A stretch of 64,000 bases of DNA, from NCBI RefSeq assembly GCF_902652985.1, contig NC_047033.1, positions 24,738,001 to 24,802,000 of the forward strand. The letters are read 5' to 3'. The stretch is from Pecten maximus. Its lineage: Eukaryota. The position numbers and the translations under genes are program-made. Below, piece by piece: positions 1 through 12,079 of the stretch. Every line of letters starts with the position of its first letter. Positions within the stretch are counted from its first letter, which is position 1. The notes under the pieces are model-generated. The model did no database searches. It was not told the DNA's origin and saw only the letters and a program-made list of their open reading frames with translations.

Positions 1-426
1 ATATCACTCCTTCGCTCCTTCGTTAAAAAGTTAAAAAAAAAAAAAGGGCCAATATCCAATATCACTCCTTCGCTCCGTTAAAAAATTTATAAACAAAAAA
101 AAAAAAAGGAGCGGAAAATACGACAGCGAAGGAGCGGAAACACGACGGTGAAGGAACGAAATTCCATTGCTCCTTCGCCATCGTGTTTTCGCTCCTTCGC
201 TCCTTCGTCATCATGTTTTCGCTCCTTCAACATCTTGTTTTCGCTCCTTCGCTTCGTTTAGGTCGAAGGAGCGATATTGGAAATTGGTGAAGGAGCAAAA
301 ACACGATGGCGAAGGAGCGAAAACACGGTGGCGAAGGAGCGAAGCTATCTTGTTTTCGCTCCTTTGCGTTTAGGTCGAAGGAGCGAAGGAGCTATATTGG
401 AAATTTGGCCATAACGGATCACCATA
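1..426. mobile_element. IS3EU-like non-autonomous element, right part (left end outside the window)
   Basis: Ends GGCCATAACGGATCACCATA (reverse complement TATGGTGATCCGTTATGGCC), similar to the TIR at 10957. The interior is made of GCTCCTTCG/CGAAGGAGC motifs in both orientations. Confidence 0.6.
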
Positions 427-479
427 GGATTTTAAGATCAGAATAAAAGTTACACTCACATAAAAAATGAATTTTATTT

Positions 480-1010
480 TCAACCTTTATAATCACAAAA
501 AGATGGAATGATAGGGTGCGTATTTTTATCCGTCTCTATTAGGAGCGGTAAGATTCCACTTTTTAACTTAGCCAATATACTACGTCGTAGTCTCGGCATT
601 AAAGTGATGACGTAAGGCTCGGGTTGTAAATCCTTTTTAAATAAACGGTATGTTCTTAACTTATTTCCGTTAATGTTGCCTGTATCACACCAGAGGCTGG
701 AAAACCAAACCTCTTTATCAGCGTTGAAATCTTTTGCTGACTTTAAACATAACGGATTTAGTTGAATTAGAGGCATCTTTTATAATATTGGTGATACCAT
801 ACTTAGTTGCTGTTTTTTTAGCCATCGAATTCAATGATTTACCTTTCCTTAAAGACCAAGAATAAACTTTGATCAGAATCCGATAATTATTCACGGATTT
901 AATTTACAGCAAAATCTTCGAAAGCTTCGATTCGTTACTTGGAAACGCAAGATAACCAACCCATATCGCATTTTTACTTACATTAGAAGAATTTCTTCCC
1001 GGTCTTAAAA
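480..1010 (-). mobile_element. Decayed CR1/L2-group LINE ORF2 C-terminal fragment
   Basis: KLRTYRLFKKDLQPEPYV...RRSILAKLKSGILPLLIET is a typical invertebrate CR1/L2-group ORF2 C-terminus. A DMGW motif lies near 960-970 in a broken frame. Confidence 0.75.
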
Positions 1011-1253
1011 AACTTCATCGCAAAATAATAACTGCCAAAATGGCTGGATACGATACCTACATGTAAATCGCGTCCAAGAAGAATAATGTGATTATATTTT
1101 CCAAATAAACGATTATCTTTTAAATCGAGAATCGGGTTTCAGGATTTTCAAATCACTCTTAATATTACCCAGCCTCAAAATATATTACTAAATTGTTGAT
1201 CACAGGTCCGCTATAGATTGAACGTTGGTTAGAAAATTAAAAAAAATGTTCTG

Positions 1254-1496
1254 CAGGGCCCAGTTGTTCAAAAGGTGATAAGGCTAATAAGAGTTTAACA
1301 ACAATTTCAAAATCCTGATAAAATCATTTCTGCTAAAACAAAGCTGACAAACTTTTGTAAGACTATAACACTTGTCAGTCTCTTCCTACCTGCCCGTTTT
1401 AAGTAATATACCTACACAGATTTTGAAGAAAAGGAGAAATGAAAATTTCACTAATCAAGTGATTAAGCTAATCAGCTTTTGAACAACTGGGCCCTG
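1254..1496. mobile_element. MITE, PIF/Harbinger-like
   Basis: Perfect 21-bp inverted repeat CAGGGCCCAGTTGTTCAAAAG ... CTTTTGAACAACTGGGCCCTG, extending imperfectly. The outer CAG/CTG may be a CWG target site. Confidence 0.8.
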
Positions 1497-1532
1497 TGTA
1501 TTATCACTATCATATGACGCATGTGTATATTA

Positions 1533-1716
1533 ATAATTTAATCTTGTTGTAACAAGCATTTTCATTGGCTTAAACATTTATGTTATCAGCCTTTAACGTA
1601 AATCAAAATATAAGGATAAACTTAGATATATTTTTAAGTCATGGCGCTATCACAAAAAAACAAAAAACAAAAAATGAATGTACTTTCATCACAACCCGCT
1701 TCGCTAAATTAAATAA
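1533..1716 (-). mobile_element. Degenerate copy of the hairpin-ended element family (see 51993-52360)
   Basis: Starts ATAATTTAATCTTGTTGTAACAAGCATTTTCATTGGCT, matching the reverse complement of 52320-52360. It keeps GTACT...CCGCTTCGC (1697-1704) from the hairpin tip and ends TTAAATAA. The outer hairpin arm is deleted. Confidence 0.65.
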
Positions 1717-2570
1717 CATGGTGACGATGAATATTTCATGACGTAATAATATAAGTTATGACGTCGCTCTGTTGTCTCTAGAGAAATATATATCGCCCTA
1801 TTGGACTTACACCTGCAATTTATTTAACTCGGTTAACTTGCAAACGTGTACTCTACAGTTAGTGAGAGTTGCGTCCCTTTGTACACCAAGTGTATGGGTT
1901 AACTAGTCATTTTCGTGACTAGATCTGGGAATCACGTGCTTTGTAGTTGAAAGGGAGCAAGGATTACAAAATGGTGGGGTCCATGCCAAACACTAAAAAC
2001 CAGCCTATTGATGGTGCATTAGAATTTCTGATACTGCCACGTATATCTTACTATAGATCGCAGATAACTAGCATTCAATGAGTTTCCAACTTAACATAGT
2101 AGCTGAGTTTCTTTTACAGGATATTTTTCATGCAGATAATAGACCTTGTACATAATCCGTCGAACTCAACAAAGGAAGAAAAAAGAGAGAAAGAAAATAA
2201 AAACAATCTTAAAATGGACAGCAATACAATTGACTAAAAGTGTATCGACGGATGAATATTTCCGGAATTGATAATAGTACGATTAATTACATGGCAATGC
2301 CATTATATACAGTTAAATGTCTTGAACAGTTTGGTTTGAGTTCGGTACACCACGTGACTACCCCGGCCGTGAAACACGTTCTGTAACTCATTATACAAGA
2401 GCCTTGTCAATGCTGTGTGGTTTAGCTGTGTTTGATAACACTTTTTATTTATCGACTATTTTACTATGGCATTGTCGTATATAGTCGTTATAAATGACAC
2501 AGCTTTGTAGGTAAACGATGCTACCATACCTTTATGTGTTTATGTTGGTTATGATTCCATTTAAACTAAA

Positions 2571-2910
2571 ATAATATAATTTTGCTTGTAACAAGCATTT
2601 TCATTGGATTAAAGATCATATTTACAGCCAATACAGGGCATCCAGTAGACCTTTAATAGTATGTTTTTGACTCCCAAAGATTAGATCTGACTCTTGGGTT
2701 TGAAGGGATTTGTCTATTTTATATATGTTTTGACCCTTCTGATTTCTCAGAAATAGTGATTTGACTTCTGAAATTGCTAAAAGTCGAGGGTCCACTGAAT
2801 GCCCCGCAATTACGTCAAAAAGACGTCGCGGTTTGTAACGTCGCTTTTGATTGGCTGATATTCCGGCGTAATAATTTCTGAGAGGAAAGAGTCCATCAAT
2901 AGAAGGGGTT
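2571..2910 (-). mobile_element. Partial hairpin-family element interrupted by a MITE
   Basis: Has the same terminus (TTTTGCTTGTAACAAGCATTTTCATTGG). Once 2634-2806 is removed it aligns by eye with the reverse complement of 55030-55190. Confidence 0.65.
2634..2806. mobile_element. MITE nested in the preceding element
   Basis: 18-bp TIR CAGGGCATCCAGTAGACC / GGTCCACTGAATGCCCCG with 3 mismatches. The TSD is ambiguous (CAATA versus CAATT). Confidence 0.6.
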
Positions 2911-2959
2911 TTTCACATGGATTGTGTAGGTAGATTCAAATACAAGGAGTAACTTCGCA

Positions 2960-4890
2960 CATCATAACAGTTTCGGTTGGAGTGACATTATACATTTGCA
3001 TGGGGACCATTGAAAAAATGCAAGGATACTAAGACCAGGGTTTCCGTAAACGTAAGCGTCTTCTTCATCGACGACATGCGCCATAGAAATCTAGGTCGAA
3101 TTGACGACACGCGCCATAGAAATCTAGGTCGAATTGACAACACGCGCCATACAAATCTAGGTCGAATTGACGACATGCGCCATACAAATCTAGGTCGAAT
3201 TGACGACACCCGCCATAGAAATCTCGAATTGGCGACACCTGCCATAGAAATCTAGGTCGAATTGGCGACACCTGTCATAGAAATCTAGGTCGAATTGGCG
3301 ACACCCGCCATAGAAATCTAGGTCGAAATGATGACACCTGCCATAGAAATCTAGGTCGAAATGATGACACCCGCCTTATAAATCTTGGTCGAATTGACGA
3401 CACCTGCCATAGAAATCTAGGTCGAAATGATGACACCCGCCATAGAAATCTAGGACGAATTGACGACACGCGCCATAGAAATCTAGGTCGAATTGACAAC
3501 ACGCGCCATACAAATCTAGGTCGAATTGACGACATGCGCCATACAAATCTAGGTCGAATTGACGACACCCGCCATAGAAATCTCGAATTGGCGACACCTG
3601 CCATAGAAATCTAGGTCGAATTGGCGACACCTGTCATAGAAATCTAGGTCGAATTGGCGACACCCGCCATAGAAATCTAGGTCGAATTGGCGACACCCGC
3701 CATAGAAATCTAGGTCGAATTGACGACACCTGCCATAGAAATCTAGGTCGAAATGATGACACCCGCCTTATAAATCTTGGTCGAATTGACGACACCCGCC
3801 ATAGAAATCTAGGTCGAATTAACGACACCCGCCATAGAGATCTAGGTCGAATTGCCGACACCCGCCATAGAAATCTAGGTCGAATTGGTGACACCCGCCA
3901 TAGAAATCTAGGTCGAATTGACGACACCCGCCATAGAAATCTAGGTCGAATTGGCGACACCTGCCATAGAAATCTAGGTTGAATTGACGACACCCGCCAT
4001 AGAAATCTAGGTCGAATTAACGACACCCGCCATAGAGATCTAGATCGAATTGGCGACACCCGCCATAGAAATCTAGGTCGAATTGACAACACCCGCCATA
4101 GAAATCTAGGTCAAATCCGGGTTAAGTCACATTCTCAAAGTGAGAGTTATGGTGGTGAAGGCGGGATCACTATATGCATGTCAACAAATATCAAAATCTC
4201 CTGACTTCCTATTGCATAAGGAAATAGAATATTTCCAAGGAGAATATGATGTCCACCATAAAATTTTCCTTTTGTCTTCCTCAATCTGGATCTCTCGAAA
4301 CCTTGTGTATACGTAAGTTTTCCTGTTAGTAGTAGACATCTGTCACGGATATCGTGATCATGGGGTAAAGTCATCTGGAACATATAAAAAGTAAAGGTGG
4401 AAGAAGCAGCGATGCTACTATCTAGAAATGGAAAATTGAATTCATACCCCTAATTGTAAGCTGCCCTGTTAATAACGCTGTTAGTATAGATCGAGGTCTG
4501 TAGTGTTCTTGATTTCAAGTTCTTTACTGTTTATCCTATCGCCATGGTCAAAGAAGTTTCAGTAAATTCAGCTCATCTTTGATATATACCTAAATTAGAA
4601 GGTGAATTTGAAGGACTTTGCATTTTTTTTGAAGTAAGCCAGTAAAAAGGGGCTCATTTATTTCATATGGATATGCCAGTAGTCTGTTGGATGATCACCA
4701 AACTAAACAAAGACGTTGTCACTCAAAAATCAACCATTCTCACGATTTCACCATCTTCGGTTTATTTCTTATGGGACTTAGCCGTTTTTTCATCACTTAC
4801 AACTCAACTATAGTTTGCACTCATGGACTTGCGTAGCCGTTCGCCTTTGTTGAAAAAGAAAGCTCATAAAAAAATTCCGATAACTCTTAT
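2960..4890 (-). mobile_element. Decayed Penelope-like element (Naiad-type RT C-terminus and 3' UTR)
   Basis: Minus-strand remnants FNFPFLDS (about 4420-4440) and RCLLLTGKLTYTQGFERSRL..KFYGGH (ORF 4147-4383). The 3' UTR is shared with 9720-9900 and 25820-25960. Confidence 0.75.
3070..4113. repeat. 33-bp minisatellite, about 32 units, inside the Penelope-like 3' UTR
   Basis: Unit GACGACACCCGCCATAGAAATCTAGGTCGAATT. Confidence 0.97.
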
Positions 4891-6916
4891 ACACATATCG
4901 TTGCCATGTTGTCATTTATTTCAGCGATGTATAATATCAGTTTACACCAATTAAGTGGAAGCTACCAAGCAGGGACATATTTAGTTAAAGATCTTAAATC
5001 GATACATTGTCATTGCCTGCGTCACAATGTACAGTGTTACCTCCTGATTAACATATTAAGGACGAGTTTAGCTGTTCCTTTTTATGATGTCAAGGAAGAA
5101 CACTTGAAGGATCGGGAAGAGCCGCTATTTGCTTGTACTGTTTAATAACACAACATTCTATATTGGACGTCGTCACAGCTTTGTTACATTTTGACGAAGG
5201 TTGGCGCCTGGTGCAGGGCTTTCATGTCTAACGTCACCACAATATGCGCTGTTATACAGTTATCGAACCGGAATTTTCCGGAACTAACATATCCAATATC
5301 AATCATACATAGAAATGGAGTTTCGCATGTAAAATGTTTCACTAAAGGAGTTTTTTTCATTTCCTTCATCCTGTTCGATGTATACCTAACAATCAAACGG
5401 TAGACTCATTCGAAACTATCATTAGTCTACTTTTTTATGTCAAATCAAAGTCTAAATAATCGTTCGATACTCAGGAAACCACTCATTAGGGAACCACTCG
5501 TCAACATGGGGATACGTGTCTAAATATAGAATTTTTACACCGAGGGGTACAAAACGAGTTACACACAAGTGTATAAGTTTACTACAACTCATTTGTCCTA
5601 AAGTACTCCGAGTGTGTAACCCCTCCCCTCCCACTGTTTATTGTTCATGAAGAGAAAGATAATTTGATTTTAAAATCACAAATACAGAAGTTATCATCAA
5701 GCGGAAAATGTCAATTTGAAATTAATTTCTTATTTCTGGGACCATTTTTTAAATTGAAATATCTACATGTTCATTATGATTCACTTTCGAAGTTGATTTC
5801 TACCGATTCCTTCAAACCGCATTTCCAATAATTTTGCACCCAAATTACAGGCACTGTCGGTGCACTTCTCATCATTTCATTTACTCTTGTGATTTACATA
5901 TCTATTGATTATAAATACACACATACAACTGGTGAACTGAACGTGATGAAAATGTCCCTTGCACGTGATAGTCCCTACTTGATAATCACTTGCTTATTGA
6001 CGACTTTTTATTTCATTTTACGAATTTTCTTGGACATCGGCTTAAATTATCCATAGACTAAAAGAGACGGGGTTACCAAATATATGTGGCAGCTGTAGTG
6101 TTAGTTTAAGTATATATATACCAAACAGTGATTGGACTGTGAAGGTATACTAGTAAGAAGTTAAAACTCGTATTTGGAAATCCAATTTATATGAATTTCA
6201 AATATAATCACAGTAACAATAAGTTAAAAAGAAAAACAAAGGATACAGAACAATAAGTTATACCAGGGAACAAAGGAAACGGTAACACTAAGTTATAACC
6301 AGAACTAATGAAAGAACGAGCAAAAAGTTGGATAAACCGAAGCATTTTAGGTCGGATGACAATAGGAACAAAGGATGTCAGTTACCACTATAAAATAATA
6401 CCGCATTGTTGTTCAGAATCGTGAAAACATGTTTCTATAGACAGTTTAAAACGTCGTTATTAAAGGGATGTATAGAATACATAATCTTACTAACATAGTC
6501 TTGTTAAAATCTCGTTCCTGGAGCATAACCGGAGAATGAACCTCGGATATGTAGACGACGCGGATGCAGACAGCGAGGCCATTCGGAACACTTTTCTGGT
6601 GTCATTCCTTCAGTAATGGCGACGTTACACAAATAGTCCCCATAATCTTGTGTCCCTGTCATCGGAACAATGATCTATGTCCGGCGGGGACACCGGACTC
6701 GCGTTGCCCTTACGGAAAATACAACCATTACTAAACCGCATTACATAGGTAACGGGGCCGGGACCCCTCTCTCGGGCTTGTTCCTTATGCTCGGAGATGT
6801 AAAATGGCGTTAAGAGGTTTCCGCTACCGTCTGCTTGATAATTAATTCCAACATTGTTTTCAAATGTCGACATAGTAAAAGTGATTGTTGATACATAATA
6901 AACTATTTCGCTGAGT

Positions 6917-6965
6917 CGTCCTTAAATGACCGCAGTTGTTGACTTTAACCAATACAAGACCAAAC
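6917..6965 (+). mobile_element. Truncated SINE tail
   Basis: TCGTCCTTAAATGACC...ACCAAACC matches the 3' end of the SINE at 9092-9632. Confidence 0.55.
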
Positions 6966-7324
6966 CTGATGAAATGAACACTCCTGGATGTTGATATTCT
7001 GATTGCCGCCCTTTCCTGACAGGACGTTAGAAATATGGATATAGTATTAACCTACATATGGTTATTTTCGGGTATACTGATGAGGTTTTTAAGGAGGTAT
7101 GCGATAGACAAATGTGTTGATTTCACCGTTAAATACAAATCTAACAGACGTTTTACGGCGCTTAGTCTCACTAGAATAATTCAAATCCTAATTTATCCAG
7201 AATAGAACATACTTCATTGACGATTTGTACATTGTGAGCATGCGCCGTTATGCATGCGATCATAATTATTGATGAAGGATTACGGACAATTTGATATACA
7301 CGAAGTTCCAATGTGATGGTCGTA

Positions 7325-7460
7325 TCGGGGTTGGGTTTAGTTGTGAACCTGATGTCCCCTTACAGACAGACTTTCCTCCACCTCCAAAACCTGGCGAAAT
7401 TCCTTAAATGACTCTGGCTGTTAAAAGGACGTTAAACAAAATAAACTCAACTAAATCAAA
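7325..7460 (+). mobile_element. Truncated SINE 3' end
   Basis: CCTTAAATGACTCTGGCTGTTAAAAGGACGTTAAACAAAATAAAC matches the same tail. Confidence 0.6.
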
Positions 7461-9091
7461 GGTCCCATTAAGGTAGAGAGACCATAGAAAGGTTAAAGAT
7501 TTTATTTCACAATCACTCTCACACAAAGTTTCTGTCTCGATTGGTTCCAGGTAAAGAGGACGAACGCTTACCTTTCGTGGACATTTTTTTATAAATGTTT
7601 GTCGTGCAGATTTTCCTGAAACATTATTTTTTTAATACATTTTTTTATTTTATTTTTTATTATTTAATTCTTCTCGTCGATGCTGACTTAAAATCGCGAT
7701 TATGGTTTTCGCGACAGTATTTTCATCTTTCTAATTTGAGAAAATATATACTCTTATTGAAACCATATCAATCCTTCTTTGTATGTATTCATTTCAGTAG
7801 AGTTCAGTAGATTTAGTTTTTAGAATTCTTGTTACTGGGCGTTATTGACAAGAAAACCTCCTATTAATAATTTGAATTTTAAATTGATGAGTGTAATGGT
7901 TTCCTTGAAAAAGAAGATTGTGGTGATTCAAGTATAGCGTTTTTAAACATGGGATTCTGTTTGTGACATAAACGTATAGCTATTTCATATTTAATTCAAG
8001 CAGTTTAACTACATAAATTGTCTTCAATCGATAGTTTTGTGAGTCATATTGTAATCGTTTGAAGTATACTGTTAATTGAGGATAACAAACGATGTTTCGT
8101 TAAGATATATAGATCTAATTGGCTTTAAAGGATTTCCTTGGAGGTACCACCATACTGATAAAATAATTATAAAAAATTATCAGGACTCACTACAAAATCT
8201 TTATTCTATTATCACAATTATTTTTCTTTATTTTCCGGCATCATGTTTACATGTCTTCATCCTTTGATTTAAAATTTAATATCTCCTATCAGGAAAACTG
8301 GGAGCATATTACAGGACACCAAAGCATGCGAGGATGTTATGGTAAAGGAGAGAAAAGGCGGCTAACCACATGTGTTCTAATCACAACTCAAAGGTCCGGA
8401 CTCTGACTTCAGGAAATCCCGTTCTTACGCCAAAAATGGATTTTGTTCAATTTTCTTTCTTTGAAATAAATTCGTGGGCGTTTTGTTTAACAATGTTTGT
8501 CGTTAAGGACTTCCCTAAAACACTTGATTAACGGCCGATCTCAGCGACCCCTGTGTCCGAACATGCCCTAAATATGACCTTGTAATAAATCAGAACAACC
8601 AGACATAATACGCAATTTCATTGGCTGACAACTTCACGCGGTGCTGTGACAACTTCGAACTCATCACTTTCACGCCGAGAGAGGTGGTCACCATAGCATC
8701 CCGTGTCAGACAAGTGAGTTATGGCTCGGGATCACGTGATCTGACATTTGTCGTTGTTGAGGAGACGGTAGATTTGACAAACTATGTTTACAAGATGTCG
8801 CTGCCTGTCTGATATAATTTGTCTCCGAATAGCTCGTACAAATCTACAGTTCAGGCTTTCCTATATACTAAACATCCAACTTGTAGTAGAATTCGCTTTA
8901 ATAAATCTGTTTACCAATTGGAATGCTTCCGTTGAACATTTGTGATATTTTGATTTTAAGAGACTTATAACGTCAATACCCCCCCCCCCCCCCCCCCCCC
9001 CCAAAAAAAGAAGATAAAATGACGTATTTCAATATTTCAATTCATCAGAAAACATATGAGTGTTACATATGTAATGCAGCAATACATCTTT

Positions 9092-9632
9092 CCGGCTGCC
9101 CTGCAGGTAGGGCGTAAGAATTGTACCTGCTGCCCCCATTGCATGATCGTAAGAGGCGACTAAATTTGGGATCTTATTTTTTCTATTCTTTCTGAACAAC
9201 TTTCTTCTTCCTAACGTCTCCCTTGACAATGCCTCACTTTTGGCCTTTAGTTGAACGTTCGCCCCTGTGAGGAAGGCTTTGGGTTCTGTCCCCTGGCCGA
9301 GACATACCAGAGTCTTTAAAAATGGTAGTTGCTACTCCGGCTTAGCGCTCAGCATATTTGGAGTGGGACGACTGGTTTACCCGTTGTCAGTATAATGTGA
9401 CCGGGTGGGGTGTGCTGCTGGGTGTCTTTGGCAGTATGCTTCAGTGAGGTAGCACTTTAAATCGGCAAAAGTTCCAGCCTATCACAAGGAGACTTAACAC
9501 GAACATACCGCAGCCTCCCAAAACACACATACGCACTCACAACACGCATGCATGTCGCACGCACGGGAGGCCGTCCTTAAATGACCTTAGCTGTAAATAG
9601 GACGTTAAACTAAATAAACCAAACCAAACCAA
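9092..9632 (+). mobile_element. Composite SINE (structured 5' module, tRNA-derived head, Meta-like core, LINE-type tail)
   Basis: 8-bp TSD ACATCTTT at 9084-9091 and 9633-9640. Degenerate A/B-box head at about 9240-9300. Core AAAAATGGTAGTTGCTACTCCGGCTTAGCGCTCAGCAT. 3' stem-loop CGTCCT...AGGACG followed by (AAACC)n. Confidence 0.85.
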
Positions 9633-9719
9633 ACATCTTTTGGGATTATAACTGATCGGGACTCTGCCGAGGATACCGACATGATAACGAAACTGTTACT
9701 CAAAACTGATAAAACAATG

Positions 9720-11640
9720 GGAAAATATGAACAACAAATCTAGATTTGCAGGGAGACTCTTGAGGAAGTACAAGGCTAACAAGACCAGGTGTTTAAGAAG
9801 AATAAGCGTCTTCTGGTTCATCGACGACTGACGTCATATATATCTAGGTCAAACACAAGCTGAGTCACTATAACAGATGAGGATTAATGTGACAACGGAA
9901 AAAAATCGACATTTCAATAAACATCTTACATATCCGACTTTACATCGCTCAAGGAAATAGAAGATTTCCAAATGAGATCATGACATTGACCATATAACTT
10001 TTCCATGGTCTTCAGCAACCTGCAGGTGTGTTCATTTCTCTGTCAGTAATCGACATCTGTCACAGAAATCGTGACAATGGAAACAACCTCTTGAACACGG
10101 TGAGTAGAGGGAGCAGGGATGTTACTATCTAGAAATGGAAACTTACAATTGGGACACGCTTATAATCCATCTTCGTTGTAAGCTGTCCATGCTGGGGACG
10201 TTATATTTAAAGATCGAGGTTAGCTGCTGATGTTGAAGAGTCTTTAGTGTCCAAGTTTTCCATGGTATATCCCTTAGACATAGTCAATAAAGTTTTGTTA
10301 TTTGAAGATAACAAATCGTCAATATACCTATGGATGCAATGGAAGGACTTGGTAAAGTATTTGTTACCTGTTCTGATAATTTCTTCGACATAATAAGCCT
10401 CGTATGAAAACAAAGTCGACCTAAGAGGGATACATTACGTTCCCATTGATATGCCAATAGTCTACAGGAAGATATGGTCACCAAACTCAACCAAGATATT
10501 ATCGATCAGAAAATTTATTCATTCCCACAAGTCCATCTTCGGAGTATTTCCTATAGGACTTAGTCTTATGTTTTACGGAATATACTCATGTATAGCCAAC
10601 ACAGATGTACTTATATAAGGACGTTCGCCTTCTTTGGAACAGAAAGCTCTCGATACAAGAGAACAAATGCGTTCATTGAGATTGAAATGGGAAATATATT
10701 GTAAATAGAAGAAAAAATAAAACAGTCTGATTCAATTTCCATAAAGGGTTTTAGGAGCACTGTGGCCATCATTAAGGACAGGCTTACACAGTTCTAATCT
10801 GTGCAATATCATCAATACTTCTACGAAGGCTCCGTGTTAATGTTCAAAGGTCACCAGGCTCTTGTATTGTGCGTACCACTGACAAGGGTAGTGGATACAA
10901 GATACTGTAGTTCGAACATGGTAAACACTTACTGGATTCTGAACAGTCGTCATTAGTATGGTGGCCGGTTAGGGCCACCTCATAATTTCGCAACATCGAA
11001 ATCTCGACCTAACCTCGAGGTCGCGAGGTTGCGAGAACACGAGGTGAGGCGAGGTCGCGAGGTTCCGCGCCTCGCCTCGCGATCTCGCAATCTCGCGACT
11101 TTGAGTTTAGGTCGAGATTGCGAGGTCGCGAGATTACGAGGTGGCCCTAACTGGCCATCATACATTAGATCTACGAATTTTAACAGTGTATATGAACGGC
11201 TTGTTGTAGCGTCTACGTCAATGACTACAATTACGTTGTATCCGAGAAGCGAACAAAGACATTATTTTTCTTTGGCTGCATCCTGGAGAGGACAAACTCC
11301 CTGCCCAATCCACTTAGCCCTTGTAACAATATGGCGCAGCAGTGCAAAGACGTCTGATATGATTTTCCCTCTCGTTTTCTACGGCACGGTGTATTCAGCT
11401 GGGTTTTTGGTATGATGGTAAATTTTCTCGAGAATACGGACGCATATAGGTAGTGCTCAATGACAATGGATGCTGATGCAAACACTGACTCTTTCCACGG
11501 TTCATTGGAGCGCGATGGCCATTGATACGCTGTCGTAATACCAACATACAGTTACCCACACAGGACACACTGAATATTGGAGACAACGTAAGAGGCTTTG
11601 TAGTTAAGGGTTTCAAAGCTTCTTGGTAGAATATTCATTC
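9720..11640 (-). mobile_element. Internally deleted Naiad-type Penelope-like element (GIY-YIG endonuclease upstream of RT)
   Basis: Minus strand, in order: YVVSNIQCVLCG*LYVG..LRQRINGHR (11500-11600), VRILEKIYHHTKNP, TAAPY, SLSSPGCS, then RT motifs FLIDNILVEFG, IGISMGT, LFSYEA, HRYIDDLLS, SAANLDL, FPFLDSNIP, then the 3' UTR. Many stops and frameshifts. Confidence 0.8.
10957..11162. mobile_element. IS3EU-like MITE inserted in the Penelope-like ORF
   Basis: Termini TATGGTGGCC...GGCCATCATA with imperfect TIRs of about 80 bp. Perfect 6-bp TSD CATTAG at 10951-10956 and 11163-11168. TAY..RTA ends with a 6-bp TSD match the IS3EU superfamily. Confidence 0.85.
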
Positions 11641-11934
11641 TTAGTGAGGGAACTTATGTAATGTTTGTCCGTAATGCAAGTACTATTGTGCAATTTTTGG
11701 TTCCGCCCTTGAAAATGATAATATATGCAAAGCAATTTTTCATCTGTATCAGATGTAGACTTTTCATCTTAAAACATCTACTATTAGAGCTTTGGGCATA
11801 GTTTGAAATGTCTTTGAGAATATGTTTGAACCGAACGTTTTGACAAATCGTCATAAAATGTGGGGAAAAAATCACTTCTGTAGTAATATATGTTTACGGT
11901 AAACCAACACATTGTAGTTTATATGTCAAGTTAT

Positions 11935-12078
11935 GGTGTAAAGCTCGCATGTCCTAGTGTGGCATTTCAGTGTGATCACACTATAAGTCAGTGACCCAAT
12001 CTCATTCTGGAACACCGTCCTCACATGACCTAATCGCTGTACCGTTAATATCCCAACCAACCAACCAACAATCAGCCA
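11935..12078 (+). mobile_element. SINE 3' fragment
   Basis: TTCAGTGTGATCACACTATAAG...CCGTCCTCACATGACC...(CCAA)n resembles the 3' half of the SINE at 9092. Confidence 0.5.
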
Positions 12079-12079
12079 G

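Noticed and set aside
2988-4092. Repetitive ORFs (RPRFLWRVSSI etc.) and similar ORFs in the other satellites
   Set aside because: These are artefacts of stop-free tandem units, with no splice or protein-family support.
9650-9705. Hammerhead-like CTGCCGAG...CGAAACTGTTA beside the Penelope-like 3' end
   Set aside because: The core is mutated, stem II is poor and stem I cannot be formed.
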